Positions 36,401 through 46,382 of a stretch of DNA of 64,000 nt are shown piece by piece. The translations under genes were made by a program, and so were the position numbers. Within the stretch, counting starts at the first letter, position 1. Each line of letters starts with the position of its first letter. The stretch covers positions 18,469 to 82,468 of IMG/VR virus record IMGVR_UViG_3300037467_002055; one strand, given 5' to 3'. Below the pieces are notes generated by a model. The model was given only the letters and a program-made list of their open reading frames with translations. It was not told the DNA's origin and searched no databases. The stretch is from a virus (lineage: Duplodnaviria; Caudoviricetes).

Positions 36401-37334
36401 TCGTGGTCAGAGCGGGCTTGGATACCCATACCACGGATGCTGGAGCAGTACCCCAGCGCAATTCGGGAGTGTTCATCCCGGCGCCATTGACCTTTTTGGC
36501 CTTGAACGAGACGATATAGGTCTTGTTCGGTTGCCAGCCGCCCCTGACGCCGCCTACTGTTCCATCCACCTCGACAATCGAGGCGTCCGAAACAAGTCCA
36601 AATGTGTTCGTCGTTGTTGCGTTAGCCCGGAGGGCAAATGCCTTGCCTCCGGTGCGGCCAAGTACGTCCATGTATGTTACGGATATGCCGCCATTGTTGT
36701 AGGCGTTGTACCCGCTCGGTCGGTTCGAGCCCGCCTGCGCGCGCAGCTCGAAGCCGCTATTCCACATCAGGTTGTCGCCGCCAAGGGTACCGGTGAAATT
36801 CGCCGCGTTCGCGCCGACCGTGCTGGCCGCAGTCCAGGCGCCCCCGATCTTCTGGTACAGGGTCAGCGTGTCGGTGGCGAAGTAGAAGTCGCCATTGGCG
36901 CCGGTCGGCCGGGCCGAGAGTAAGCCTTGCGTCGTGCTGTTGGCTGTGGCGTTGAGCGCGCCGGTATAGCCCAGCGACCCGATCGTCACACGCTTTACGG
37001 TCTTCGAATCGCTGAACGTCAGGCCGTTGGGTGTCGTCAGCGTGGCCGTGACGGTCACGTCGCTCGAGCCCATGGCCGACTGGTTCATCGTAAAGATCTT
37101 GCCGCTGGCATCGACCGAGAACGTCACGCTGGGCGACGTCGTGAACACGACGGTGCCAACCACGCTGATCGGTGTCGCCACCATGTTGATGACGGAGGGC
37201 GTGCCGCCGCCCGAGCCATCCACGAACACGTAGTTCGAAGTGGTGGACAGGATCAGCGCGCTACCGCCCGCTGCCAGGGTGCGCGAGACCTCAGCCTGCA
37301 GGATCTTGTCGAATTCGTTGACGGGTGTAGCCAT
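33486..37334 (-). CDS. Tail fibre / receptor-binding protein, multi-domain
   Basis: 1282 aa, CBM-like starts (NLMWNSGFE, NLIKKGMFD), 145-aa internal duplication, low-GC C-terminus. TGATG-coupled start. Confidence 0.8.
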   Translation of the reverse strand: MATPVNEFDKILQAEVSRTLAAGGSALILSTTSNYVFVDGSGGGTPSVINMVATPISVVGTVVFTTSPSVTFSVDASGKIFTMNQSAMGSSDVTVTATLTTPNGLTFSDSKTVKRVTIGSLGYTGALNATANSTTQGLLSARPTGANGDFYFATDTLTLYQKIGGAWTAASTVGANAANFTGTLGGDNLMWNSGFELRAQAGSNRPSGYNAYNNGGISVTYMDVLGRTGGKAFALRANATTTNTFGLVSDASIVEVDGTVGGVRGGWQPNKTYIVSFKAKKVNGAGMNTPELRWGTAPASVVWVSKPALTTSWQTYTARITWGSSAEANGIFIDGTGGTVVANDEFHVDDLIVQEGDVYSEWFPSAAEAKYRADTAARGSFTPLVTYDFSGTVQGWYGENSTTLTANANSITVTATNADPMLAADPVFSGAKYDKVRARVRRIGGSGWDGFLFYGNASHGENGSYFGLVSPDPTVGGNWVIVEWDMAKSSSPTDWTSGNVTHLRLDLGNTSSDVFEVDWISIGRYGVGSDEAMAALSLIADDNVLSKGEKSQVIADWNAISGEKGGLDTQADALGVSRTAYDSAYSTLSTYLGSVAYNDTTTDTAIVGSDFRTNFTNYYTAKQALLNAMAAKAATLASWAGVSGAGKPADNATVGAPPGTYVGGTLAQTVEANANAAKAAVDAIADDNTLSKGEKSQVIGLWNAISGEKSGLDTQADSLGVSRTAYDSAYSALSTYLGSVSYSDTSTDTAIVGSTFRANFTNYYTAKQALINAIAAKAATMADYGNVTNRFYDSSNLIKKGMFDDGTYAGWTVDGIENVVSPGAVFPYQKNIWFTRRDSFETGNDFPVTPGETLYFSAWLETTLTDYTCSLGVKTNSKSGAITGWNAAAAVNGRNGWTYVTGSCTVPADSTTATPWIQMNGFSFSGQYLRAAGLWIGRHAPGATVGAPSGTLVAGVSADTVATAATNFNSSNDRNGTAVTAPTVLSDGTAVDHTIRTDGSADISFEWGWSGNEGDIDGFLVYVYQSSSSSSYSFGTTPAAETVFTVPAAKRAFILFGSAANLYTTFGVQAYRAVDKDINASGVIKSTLVKSTLAAENPYQPSSNVAFSGSITGTLSGASGTFAGTLSGSQVVTTGNLVDNAATDTALVQATSVSLTTRSPFSSPPSSNSDYTTLASYSFTPAVTGVVTVHYACFVKYTTSGGGPFAFDVAYIKVDTGGFSSSDNTKAVYDNTGNTANFTGSKRLSVTAGVATTIYFRCSVGTSGAVTSVANDVQMIAEIIKK
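34995..35720 (-). repeat. Tandem duplication within the tail fibre (period 435 nt)
   Basis: IADDN(V/T)LSKGEKSQVI...NFTNYYTAKQAL occurs at 35720 and 35285. Confidence 0.9.
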
Positions 37335-38830
37335 CAGATCATAACTCCTACGGTGGTGCGGCCGGCCGCCCATTTCGTCGACATCGAGACCACGATGCCA
37401 GTCGGGCCGGATGCGAGATTGAATCGTCGGTTGGTCAGAGTGACCGCCTGGCCCATCACAAGCTGGAACAGGGTTGCGTAGCCGTCGAACTGGTACGTCG
37501 TGCGCGGCACCTTGCGAATGTTCAGGCGGCGCTGTGCCTCCGCGGTTGCATCGACGCGGCGCAGCAGCACGGTGTCTTCCTGCGTCGGTTCCACGGTCAG
37601 GCGATACAACGTCTTGGTGGTCGTGTCCTCGGCCTTCGTGGTCAGGTAGGGCAGACCCATCAGCGCGAGGGCCTCGGCCGGCAAGCTGGTCTGGAGCGCG
37701 CTCTGCGGGGTCTGGTTGGGGCAGAACGACAGCAGCACGGCGCCCTGCACCAGGTCGCGCGTCACCGGGTACAGGGTGTGCTCGTCCATGTGCTTTGGCA
37801 GGATGTTGAAGGTCGGTGTCAGGCTGGCGAAGTCCAGCTGCAGCAGCTGCAGCTGGCCGGCGCGCGAGGTGGTCAGCTGCGCCTGCAGCGCGCCCGTCAG
37901 CTGTTCGATCACCGAGACCGTGTTGGCCGTACCGGTCACGACGGTCCCCACCGGCTGCGTGTGCGCGGCGTCGAACTGGCTAAAATTGGTCAGGTCGATC
38001 TCGCTGTCGGTGAAGCGGTTGCCGGCGGCACCGTAGTTCTTCACGATCTTCTTCACAAGCCCGGCCACGGTGTTCGTATAGCCGCCGGCGCTGTCACCCT
38101 GCAGCGACACCGTGACCGTGCCGGCCGGCGAGTTGATCAGCTTGAACGTGCCGTGTGCAAGGTCTACAATCACCGCCGACCAGCCGATGGTGTCGTTGGC
38201 GATCGGCACGCCGTTGTCGCGGATCTCGATCAGGCCGTTGATCGTGCCGTCGTGCACCTGGTACTGCAGCGCCGTCGGATCGATCAGGAGCGGCGTCATG
38301 TTGACGACCTCGCCCAGCGCCAGCGGCACGATGGTGCCCTGGTTGGCGCCGGTGCCGCCCAGCAGATGCTCGGTGATCGCTGCGTTCAGCCGCTCCTGCT
38401 TGTCGCGGATCTTCAAGTTCACGCTAGTGCGCGACTTGTTGCCGATGTCGGCCGACACGCCGGTGAACACCGGCACGTAGTCCGCGCGCGCCCAGCGCAC
38501 ATCACCAAACAGGATGGTGACCGGCCGGTTGGTCCAGACGTACGTCAGCCACGCATCGAACGCGCCGTCCGTGTTGTCTACCCCGATCTCGCCGACCGTC
38601 ATCGTAGCCTTGCCGTCCAGCGAAACACTTTCGTCCGTCTGGATGTCGTCCTGGACCAGCACGGCGCGATACGGCTGGCTGGCCGGCGTGTCGCTGGCCC
38701 AGCTGGCGTACGGCAGCACCGACAGGTAGAACGTGGTGTCGACGCCACCCACGTTGGCGACGGCCTCCACCAGCACGTTGCGGATCGCGGCGGGGTCGTC
38801 AAGCCAGTTGCTGAATTGGGTAGGTGTCAT
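37334..38830 (-). CDS. Tail tip / hub protein
   Basis: 498 aa between the tape measure and the fibre, ATGA-coupled. Confidence 0.65.
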   Translation of the reverse strand: MTPTQFSNWLDDPAAIRNVLVEAVANVGGVDTTFYLSVLPYASWASDTPASQPYRAVLVQDDIQTDESVSLDGKATMTVGEIGVDNTDGAFDAWLTYVWTNRPVTILFGDVRWARADYVPVFTGVSADIGNKSRTSVNLKIRDKQERLNAAITEHLLGGTGANQGTIVPLALGEVVNMTPLLIDPTALQYQVHDGTINGLIEIRDNGVPIANDTIGWSAVIVDLAHGTFKLINSPAGTVTVSLQGDSAGGYTNTVAGLVKKIVKNYGAAGNRFTDSEIDLTNFSQFDAAHTQPVGTVVTGTANTVSVIEQLTGALQAQLTTSRAGQLQLLQLDFASLTPTFNILPKHMDEHTLYPVTRDLVQGAVLLSFCPNQTPQSALQTSLPAEALALMGLPYLTTKAEDTTTKTLYRLTVEPTQEDTVLLRRVDATAEAQRRLNIRKVPRTTYQFDGYATLFQLVMGQAVTLTNRRFNLASGPTGIVVSMSTKWAAGRTTVGVMI

Positions 38831-41800
38831 CGCAGATTCGCAGTATTTTGAGCGGCCCACGCCGCGGTCTGGGTGGCCGTAGACACCGCGCCAGAGACCT
38901 CGTCGGCGTTATCCGACGCGGCCTTCAGCGTTGCCGCCACCTGGGTCGCCGACTGCTGCTGCAGATCGGTACGCAGGGAGGTGAACTCGGACTTGAAGCT
39001 CGTCAGCAGGCGCTCCAGGAACGCGCTGTTTGCAGCCGGCAGGCCCGAATACAGATCGGTCGTGGTCGGCGTGGTCGGCACCGTGGCCGTACCGTACTGC
39101 GTGCTGGGCAGCGGGCTCGATACCGCACCTTTCGAATTCTGGTAGTTCGCGTATTCGGCGGTGTGCTTGATCTGGTCGGCGATCGAGGCAAGGTTCGCCT
39201 CGCCACTCTTGATCTCGATGTTCCAGAGCTTGAGCATGACGTCGTCTGGTGCATGCCCAAGCAGTTCCTGGTACAAGGACGTGATCGCCTGGCCGTTGAC
39301 CGTCGAGCTCTGGCCGCCCGTCATCGCGATCATCAGGTTGTTGATGCCCTCGGCGACCGAATTGACGCCTGCGTTGATGTCGGTCAGCTGCGTGACCTGG
39401 GCGTACAGCGCGTTCAGGCTGGACTGGCTGGTATCGGCCTGCGTCTCGGCAAGGTCTGCCATCGACGACATGGCCGAAGTGACACGGTTGAAGTCCGACT
39501 GGTAGGTGCTGTTCGAGGCGTTCGCATCCTTCGAAGCCTGCAGGAACGCCTGCGCCGCGGACTGCAGATTGCCCTGCGCCGTCGTGTCGCCGGCGCGCGC
39601 CTTGGCCAGCGTCGAGTCGAACTGGGCCATCGCCGCACCGTACTTGTCGGCCGGGTTCAGCAACGACAGATTGCCGGTTTGGAGCGTCACGACGAAGCTG
39701 CGCAGCGACGTGCTGAATGTCTTCAGGCGGTCGATCGCCGACTGCATTGCCTGGCTCTCGGTCTGGTAGGCACTCGCAAGGTCGGTCTTGGCCTGGGCGA
39801 CAGTCTTGGCCTTTTGCACCTGATCGAACAGCAGCTGGTTCTGCGGGTCGAGCTTCGCGCGCGCGGCCGCATCCTTCTCGGCCTGCGTCATGGTCAGGTC
39901 GTCCAGCTGGTTTTGCAGGTCGGTGGCGACATCGGTGACCGACTTGAACGCCTGTGCGACGTTCATCAGATCGGTGTACGCCTGGGCGCCGGCGTCGCCC
40001 ATTGCGCCGAATGCGATCGTCGCCTGGGTGAATTTTTGGACCGCATCCTTGCCTTCGGTCGACAGGCCATACTTGGCCAGGATCGGATCGATCTCCGCGC
40101 GCGTGGCGGCCGTCTGCTGGCCCTGCGTCAGCATGTTCTGGAAGAACCAGCTGGCCTGCGAGGTGAACTTGTCCAGACCGCCGGCCAGCTCGATCAGGTG
40201 CTCGCGCGCGGCGATCGAGGACGTGCCCACCTGCGCGTAAGTCGTGCCGAGCGACTTGAACACGGTGTCCACCGTGGCGTAATCGACAGCCACGCGCGTG
40301 AGGGTCTGGAGGTAGCCCTCGCCGGCCTGCTGGAACTGCTCAAGTCCGCCGACGGCGAACTGCGCCATCTGGTCGCCCAGCTTCGAGAAGGCAGCATTGA
40401 TCTTGGCCTGGGCGTCGGAACTGCTCAGGCCTTTCAGGTCAATCTTGCCGATGTCGACCACGAAGCTGTTCAGACGATTCTTGAACGCCGCGCCGGACAT
40501 GCCCATCATGCCGGCAGCCGATGTGATCGTATCATCCAGCCCGGTCAGAACTTTCGAGATCTGCAGGTTGGCCTCGGCGCCCAGCGACGACGTCTTGGTC
40601 TCGTTCTTGCTGTGGCTGAACCAGCCGCCATCCGTATGGATATCGGCGTACGACATGGCGTTCACGCCAAGGGATTCGGCCGCGCTCAGCGACGTTTTGC
40701 CCATGGTGAAGCCCTGGCTGGTAAGCGTCTGCTTGCCACCAAAGATCGTGTTGCCGACCTTGTTGATCAGGTTGTCCACGAACGGGACCTTGGCTGCCAG
40801 CATGCCCAGAGGGCCCGCAGCCACACCGCCAAGCACGGTCAGGCCGCCGCCGGCCAGCGTCCGGCCCAGCCCGTTGTTCGTGTTCAGCGGCGTGCCTGAG
40901 CCAGTCACGTTCGAGTCGCGGAACAGCAGGCTGACGAAACTTGTAATGTTGCCCTCGATCGACTGCAGCGCGGTCAGCATGCCTTGCGCGATCGGCAGAT
41001 TGTTGTACGTGTTCTGCTTGACGGCGTCTAGCGACTTGGCGATCGACTCGCTCTGCTTGTCCGGATCGCCCAGCACGGTACCGGTCTGGTTGGCCTGCTG
41101 CTTCTCGGCTTCCGACTGGCTGCCACCACCGCCACCAAAACCCCCCACCATGTTGACACCGACAGCCACCAGCGCGGCAAGGGTTGCAGCGCCTGCTGCG
41201 AGATTCAGCGGGAAGGGCATCGACGCGATAGCGCGAGCCACGGCAGTGACGCCCCAGGCGGCGGCCGAAACGCCGGCGTTGACCACGTCCACAGCAGCCG
41301 CAGCAACCCCTGACGCCGACTTGGTAGCATCACCCGTAACGGTGGCGGCGACCTCGGCCTCCTTGAAGATGATCTTCTTGGCCATGGCTTCAGCGGATTG
41401 CGTGATCTCCAGGATCCGGAAGGCCTTTTCAGCAGCCGACAGCACCTTGTAGCCCTTCGAATTCGTGTCGAAGAAGCCCTTGGCCGCGCCGGCCATGTCA
41501 CCGTAACCCTTGATCTGGGCCGCCGCGATGTCGTCAGCCGCCTTCTGGCGGTCGGCGTCGGTCTTGCCGCTGTCCGCCAGCGTGGCCTTGATGTCCTTCA
41601 TCTTGGCGTCATAGGCCGTCGCCGCGACGATCATGCCGCCCAGCGCCTGACCACCCTTACCGAAAGCGTCGGACAGCGCCCTGGCGATAGCATTGCCCAT
41701 GTCAACGCCTAGGTTGCGCATCGCGGCCATCTGCTCCTGGATAACGCGCAGCTCGTTCTGGGCTTCCTTGATCTTCTGCATGTCGCCGCCGCGCATGATC

Positions 41801-44800
41801 GAGGAAGTCGGCGCAAGTTTCGCCTGCGCCGCCTGCATCTGCGGGATCATGTCTGCGTACGCCTGCTGTGCTTCCATCTGGGAGCTGAGCACCGAAAACA
41901 GACCGCTGCCCGGGCCGGCTTGCAGGCGCGCGGAGCTCAAACGCGTGCTCAGCTCGGCATGCGTCGCGCCGAAAGCGTTCTTGGCCTCGTTGAACCGGGC
42001 GTCATTGGCGCCCAGCGCGCGCTGCTGCTCGAGGTACTGTTTGTAGCGCACCAGGGCATCACGATAGTCGGAGTTCTGTGCGTCAGCGATATCGCTCGAC
42101 AGGTTGTCGAGCGTGGCCCGATTCTTGGCTTCCCACTGCAGCAAGAAGGCATCCTCCAGGTGGCCCTGGCTCTCCATCGATTTCGCGCGCGCCTTCAGCT
42201 CGAGATCGGACATCTTGTCCAGCGCGTCCTGCTTCGCGCGGTCGGCCGCGTTCTGGTCGATGCCGATCTGCGCTTCAGCCGTCGTGATGGCGTTGGCATA
42301 CTTCTGGCGCTGGGCGCCTTTCAGCGGGCCGGCAGCCGCCAGTTGAGCGCGTGCGACCTCGACACCCTTGCGATCAAGGTCCAGTTTGATCTCCAGCTCA
42401 CGGTTGATCAGCTGCAGATCACCCAGCTCGCCGCGCTTGTTCGCCGACTTGGCGTCCTCGATATCGGACTTGGCCTGCATCTGCTTCAGGCGCAACTGCT
42501 CCTGCAGCAGTTCGATGCTCGTGCGTGCGTCATCGCTGTCGCCGATTTTGGGCGCATCACGCTTGCCAGAGTTGATCGCGGCTTCCAGATCTTTTTCCTG
42601 CTGCAGTGCCTCGTTGTAGTTGGTCTTCGTGACCACCAGCTTGCCGAGGGCGTCGACCTGCTCCCGCAGGCTGTCCGCCTTCTTCGGGTTGGCGGCGGCA
42701 AGGCCTTCCAGCTCGTGCGGCAGGGACTTGATTTTTTCTTCGAGCTTCGAGATGTCGTTGCCGATCTGGACAGCTTCGCGGCCCTGTGCGACGGCGTCGT
42801 GCAGCTGCACCAGCTTCTGCGCCCGGGTCTGCGCGGCAGCGTACGCTGCCTTGGCAGCGACTAGGTCTGCGCCGGATTCGTTCGATTCAAACTGGGTCAG
42901 AGTGCCATCGTCGCCAGCCGCCAGCTTGCGCGGGCCCTTGGCGGCCTCGGTAGCCGCGTCGAGACGTGCCTTGGCGTTGGCTTCCTCCATCTGGGCGAAC
43001 GCCAGCTGCACCTGGTAGGCCGACTCGGCACCGATACGGCCGGTTTTCTCCAGCTGCACCTGCAGATCATTCAGGTGATTCAGCTCCTGTTCCAGCGACG
43101 TGATGGTGCTGTCGATGGAGGTGTTCATGCGGTCATGGTCCTGCTGGGCCTTCGACGAGGCCCCGCGGAACAGCTCGTAACCGATGCTCACGGCGGCCAG
43201 CGCAAGTCCGAGCGGGGCCAGCACCGACAGAGCTGTGCGCGTCGCAGCGGCGAAACCGCCCAGCACAACCTCGGCGGTCGTGGCGGTCGCGGCCACCTCG
43301 GCGGCGCCGGCCGCGGCGGCCGTCTCGCTGGTGGCGAACAGCTCCAGCTGGCCGGTGGCGACAGTGGCGGCCGTGCCTTCGGCGGCGATCGCTGCGGTGG
43401 CAGCCGTGGTGCGGCCAAACAGGAACACGGTGGCCGACGCCACGGCTTCGAGGATCGGCGGCGCGACCTTCAGCGCGGCATAACCCAGCACCATCGATTC
43501 GATGGTGCCGCGACCCTCGATGAGCGCGCGCGTGACGTTGGCCACGCCTATCGCTAGCCCGGAGAAGAATGCCTGCACGTCGCCCGATCTGGCGAGGCCC
43601 TGCAGATCTTCCTCGATCTGGCGGATGGTCGGCTTGGCGTCCTCGAACGCGTTGGCCAGCACACCTTGGAACGTGCTGCCCAGCTGCTTCCACGCACCCT
43701 CGACCGTATCAGCCTTGGCGGCCGTTGCCTCGAACATCTTGTTGGCTGAGTCCTGCGCGACGTGCAGCAGGTGGTCGTAGTTCTCGACGTGCTGGGTCAT
43801 CACCTCCATGGCTTTGATCGACTGCGGCGTCATGCCCAGCATCTTCAGCGGGTCGCCCGCCTCCTTGAACTCGTTGACCTTGTCGGAGAGCTCGTGGATG
43901 AACTGCGTATAGGGCTTGAACTGGCCAGAGGCGTCGCGCACCGACAGGCCCATCTCCTGCATCGCCTTGGCGGTTTTGGCGCTCGGCTCATACAGTTTGT
44001 TCAGGGCCGACGACAGCGGCTGGATCGTCAGGCCGCGCTCGGCCAGGGCGCCCACGGTCGCCGTGATCTCTTCCATCTTGAGGTTGAACAGCTGGCCGGT
44101 CACGGCCGCGCTCTTCATGTCTTCCGCCAGCTTGTGCACCGACACGTTCGCCTGCGAGCCGACCGCCACCAGCGTGTCACCGACGCGGCCAATATCGGCC
44201 GACGTCAGGCCGAACGCATGCATCGACTCGACCGCCATCTCGGCCGCCTCGGCCACGTGCATCTCGCCCAGCTGGGCAAGTCGCATGACGTCGGGCAGCG
44301 CGCGGAAGACTTCGGCCTGGGACAGGCCTGCCTGGGCGAGTGCGTGCACGCCCTCAGCCGCATCCTTCAGGTCGGTCATCGTACCGGCCGAGATGCCGAT
44401 AAACTTGTTGATGTCGATCGGCGTCATGTCGCCCGACAGCGCGTTCAGCGACTTCAGCTGGAATTCAACCTCGGCGCCGGTCTCGGCGATGTGGTGGAGC
44501 GCGGCCGCGACGGCGCCGCCGGCGAGCAGCGCGATCAGCTGGCCGTGGTGCAGGCCATAGATGCCAGCCTGGTGCGCGGCGCCGCGGAAAGCGCCTTCGG
44601 CCTGACGCATGACGTCGTTCAGTTCCAGCTGGGCAGTGGCTGCGCCGCGCGCGGTGCCCGCCAGCTCAGCTTCCGCTGCGGCGGCGCCGCGCGAAGCGGC
44701 AGCCAGGCGCGCCTCAGCCGCGGCAAGTGCGTCGGCCGCCGACGCCACGCTGCCGTAGCGCGCGGCGGCGTCACCGCCCATCTCGCCGTAGATCTGCGCC

Positions 44801-45972
44801 TGCGCCGCCGTGCGTACCTGCGACGCCGGGCTGGCGCTCAGGTACCGGGCGTTGAGTGCGCGCTGGCGATCCGTGCTCTGCTCGGCGGCCACCGCTTCAC
44901 GCATCTGCGCGGCGATCTGCTGTCCGATGGTGCGCACCTCTGCCTCGGATGGGAGGCCCAGCAGCGTGCGTGCGTCGATCGTCGACGCGCTGCGCGCGCG
45001 CAGGCCCTCTTGGGTGACCGCTTCGCGCATCTGCGCAGCGATCTGCTGGCCGGCGGCGCGCGCCTCGGCCTGCGAAGGCAGGCCGAGCAGCGTGCGCGGG
45101 TCGACCGGCGTGGCGCTGCGCGCGCGCAGGCTCTCCTGCTCCACTGCGGTGCGCATGCCGACGGCAAGTTGGGTCGCGAAGCCTCGCATCTCTGCCTCGG
45201 CTGGCAGACCGAGCAGTGCGCGCGGATCGACCGACGGCGTGACCTTCTCGGCCTCGACGCCGGCCCGGATCTGGGCGGCGATCTGGCGGCCGGCCGCGCG
45301 CGCGGCGTCTTCGCTCGGCAGGCCGAGGATCGTGCGCGCGTCGACCGGGGAGGCGGACTTGACACGCAGCGCAGCGATCTCGGCCTCGGTCGGCGCCGCC
45401 ATCGGCTTGTACGCGGTCTCGTATAGTGATTTGGCGTTGGCCTGGAACTGCTTGAGCTTTTCGATTTGGCCGTCGAGGGACTGGGCCGTGGCTGCAGCCA
45501 GCTCGCCGTAGCGCGCGGTTACCGCCTCGACCGGGATACCTTGCGACAGCTGGTAAAACGCGGCCGTCACGTTCGAGGCCGAGCCGCGCCCGATCTGCTC
45601 CCACGTGCGCGCGTCGGCGGCCTTGATCTTCAGGCCGGCCTCGACCGTGGCCGCGGCGGCGACGTCGCCGGCGGCTTCGATCGCGCGCGCCTGGCGCTGG
45701 CCCATGGCCTCGATCAGTTTCTGGTTGGTGGCCGATATGTCGGCAAAGCCGGTCACGAAGACCTGTCGCATCTCCAGCATCTGCTGGTTCAGGCTGCCAA
45801 GGGCCGTGTTCATGGCCGACTGCATCTGCTCCATTTGCTTGGCGAGCTGGTCGGCAGCCGACACCGCGCCCAGCTGCTCCATCGAAGCCGTCAGGCGGTC
45901 AATCGCTGTGGTGAGCCGGTTGACACCGTCGTCCCCACTCGCGACTACTGGAATATCGATACCTTCGCTCAT
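38827..45972 (-). CDS. Tail tape measure protein
   Basis: 2381 aa, Ala-rich helical, TP901-like core segment, follows the tail chaperones. Confidence 0.92.
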   Translation of the reverse strand: MSEGIDIPVVASGDDGVNRLTTAIDRLTASMEQLGAVSAADQLAKQMEQMQSAMNTALGSLNQQMLEMRQVFVTGFADISATNQKLIEAMGQRQARAIEAAGDVAAAATVEAGLKIKAADARTWEQIGRGSASNVTAAFYQLSQGIPVEAVTARYGELAAATAQSLDGQIEKLKQFQANAKSLYETAYKPMAAPTEAEIAALRVKSASPVDARTILGLPSEDAARAAGRQIAAQIRAGVEAEKVTPSVDPRALLGLPAEAEMRGFATQLAVGMRTAVEQESLRARSATPVDPRTLLGLPSQAEARAAGQQIAAQMREAVTQEGLRARSASTIDARTLLGLPSEAEVRTIGQQIAAQMREAVAAEQSTDRQRALNARYLSASPASQVRTAAQAQIYGEMGGDAAARYGSVASAADALAAAEARLAAASRGAAAAEAELAGTARGAATAQLELNDVMRQAEGAFRGAAHQAGIYGLHHGQLIALLAGGAVAAALHHIAETGAEVEFQLKSLNALSGDMTPIDINKFIGISAGTMTDLKDAAEGVHALAQAGLSQAEVFRALPDVMRLAQLGEMHVAEAAEMAVESMHAFGLTSADIGRVGDTLVAVGSQANVSVHKLAEDMKSAAVTGQLFNLKMEEITATVGALAERGLTIQPLSSALNKLYEPSAKTAKAMQEMGLSVRDASGQFKPYTQFIHELSDKVNEFKEAGDPLKMLGMTPQSIKAMEVMTQHVENYDHLLHVAQDSANKMFEATAAKADTVEGAWKQLGSTFQGVLANAFEDAKPTIRQIEEDLQGLARSGDVQAFFSGLAIGVANVTRALIEGRGTIESMVLGYAALKVAPPILEAVASATVFLFGRTTAATAAIAAEGTAATVATGQLELFATSETAAAAGAAEVAATATTAEVVLGGFAAATRTALSVLAPLGLALAAVSIGYELFRGASSKAQQDHDRMNTSIDSTITSLEQELNHLNDLQVQLEKTGRIGAESAYQVQLAFAQMEEANAKARLDAATEAAKGPRKLAAGDDGTLTQFESNESGADLVAAKAAYAAAQTRAQKLVQLHDAVAQGREAVQIGNDISKLEEKIKSLPHELEGLAAANPKKADSLREQVDALGKLVVTKTNYNEALQQEKDLEAAINSGKRDAPKIGDSDDARTSIELLQEQLRLKQMQAKSDIEDAKSANKRGELGDLQLINRELEIKLDLDRKGVEVARAQLAAAGPLKGAQRQKYANAITTAEAQIGIDQNAADRAKQDALDKMSDLELKARAKSMESQGHLEDAFLLQWEAKNRATLDNLSSDIADAQNSDYRDALVRYKQYLEQQRALGANDARFNEAKNAFGATHAELSTRLSSARLQAGPGSGLFSVLSSQMEAQQAYADMIPQMQAAQAKLAPTSSIMRGGDMQKIKEAQNELRVIQEQMAAMRNLGVDMGNAIARALSDAFGKGGQALGGMIVAATAYDAKMKDIKATLADSGKTDADRQKAADDIAAAQIKGYGDMAGAAKGFFDTNSKGYKVLSAAEKAFRILEITQSAEAMAKKIIFKEAEVAATVTGDATKSASGVAAAAVDVVNAGVSAAAWGVTAVARAIASMPFPLNLAAGAATLAALVAVGVNMVGGFGGGGGSQSEAEKQQANQTGTVLGDPDKQSESIAKSLDAVKQNTYNNLPIAQGMLTALQSIEGNITSFVSLLFRDSNVTGSGTPLNTNNGLGRTLAGGGLTVLGGVAAGPLGMLAAKVPFVDNLINKVGNTIFGGKQTLTSQGFTMGKTSLSAAESLGVNAMSYADIHTDGGWFSHSKNETKTSSLGAEANLQISKVLTGLDDTITSAAGMMGMSGAAFKNRLNSFVVDIGKIDLKGLSSSDAQAKINAAFSKLGDQMAQFAVGGLEQFQQAGEGYLQTLTRVAVDYATVDTVFKSLGTTYAQVGTSSIAAREHLIELAGGLDKFTSQASWFFQNMLTQGQQTAATRAEIDPILAKYGLSTEGKDAVQKFTQATIAFGAMGDAGAQAYTDLMNVAQAFKSVTDVATDLQNQLDDLTMTQAEKDAAARAKLDPQNQLLFDQVQKAKTVAQAKTDLASAYQTESQAMQSAIDRLKTFSTSLRSFVVTLQTGNLSLLNPADKYGAAMAQFDSTLAKARAGDTTAQGNLQSAAQAFLQASKDANASNSTYQSDFNRVTSAMSSMADLAETQADTSQSSLNALYAQVTQLTDINAGVNSVAEGINNLMIAMTGGQSSTVNGQAITSLYQELLGHAPDDVMLKLWNIEIKSGEANLASIADQIKHTAEYANYQNSKGAVSSPLPSTQYGTATVPTTPTTTDLYSGLPAANSAFLERLLTSFKSEFTSLRTDLQQQSATQVAATLKAASDNADEVSGAVSTATQTAAWAAQNTANLR
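44880..45346 (-). repeat. Four 38-42 aa repeats in the tape measure N-terminus
   Basis: (V/I)D(P/A)R(T/A)(L/I)LGLP..A..R...(Q)IAAQ.R..V repeated four times. Confidence 0.85.
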
Positions 45973-45976
45973 AAGC

Positions 45977-46026
45977 AAAAACCCCCGTTAGATTGTCATT
46001 ATCCAACGGGGGCTTCCGTGAAGCAA
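45977..46026 (-). promoter_or_regulatory. Promoter overlapping a terminator-like hairpin upstream of the tape measure
   Basis: TTGCTT-N17-GATAAT. Stem CCCCCGTT/AACGGGGG followed by TTTTT, ending just before ATG 45972. Confidence 0.5.
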
Positions 46027-46039
46027 GTTTTCTGCCAGA

Positions 46040-46382
46040 CTACTTTTTCTTCTGCTTCTCCGCGACGAATTCCAGGTACGTGCTGTCGAGCCGATTCACG
46101 AATCTGAGGATACGCTCACGTTCGGTAAGATTGTCTATCTGGAACATGATGCAGTACGCAAGGATTTCGGACATCGGGATCGGCAGCGGACCTGCCATGC
46201 TCACGGCGCGACTTCGCGAAAGAGTCTGGTACGCCGTGTAGTAGTGGTACTGGCGGTAATCCAGTACCGGGCGATCCCGCAAGGCTTGCGGGACCGTTCC
46301 CAGATCCTCCTTTAGCTGCTCGAGGTGCTCGAGCTGGGGTCCCCATTCGAGGTCCCATCGGAGGTAGCTGGCGAGTTTTTTT
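46040..46382 (-). CDS. -1 frameshift extension of the tail chaperone (gpGT-like)
   Basis: The -1 frame is open from the slip site: EKKLASYLRWDLEWGPQLEHL...EKQKKK*. Confidence 0.8.
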
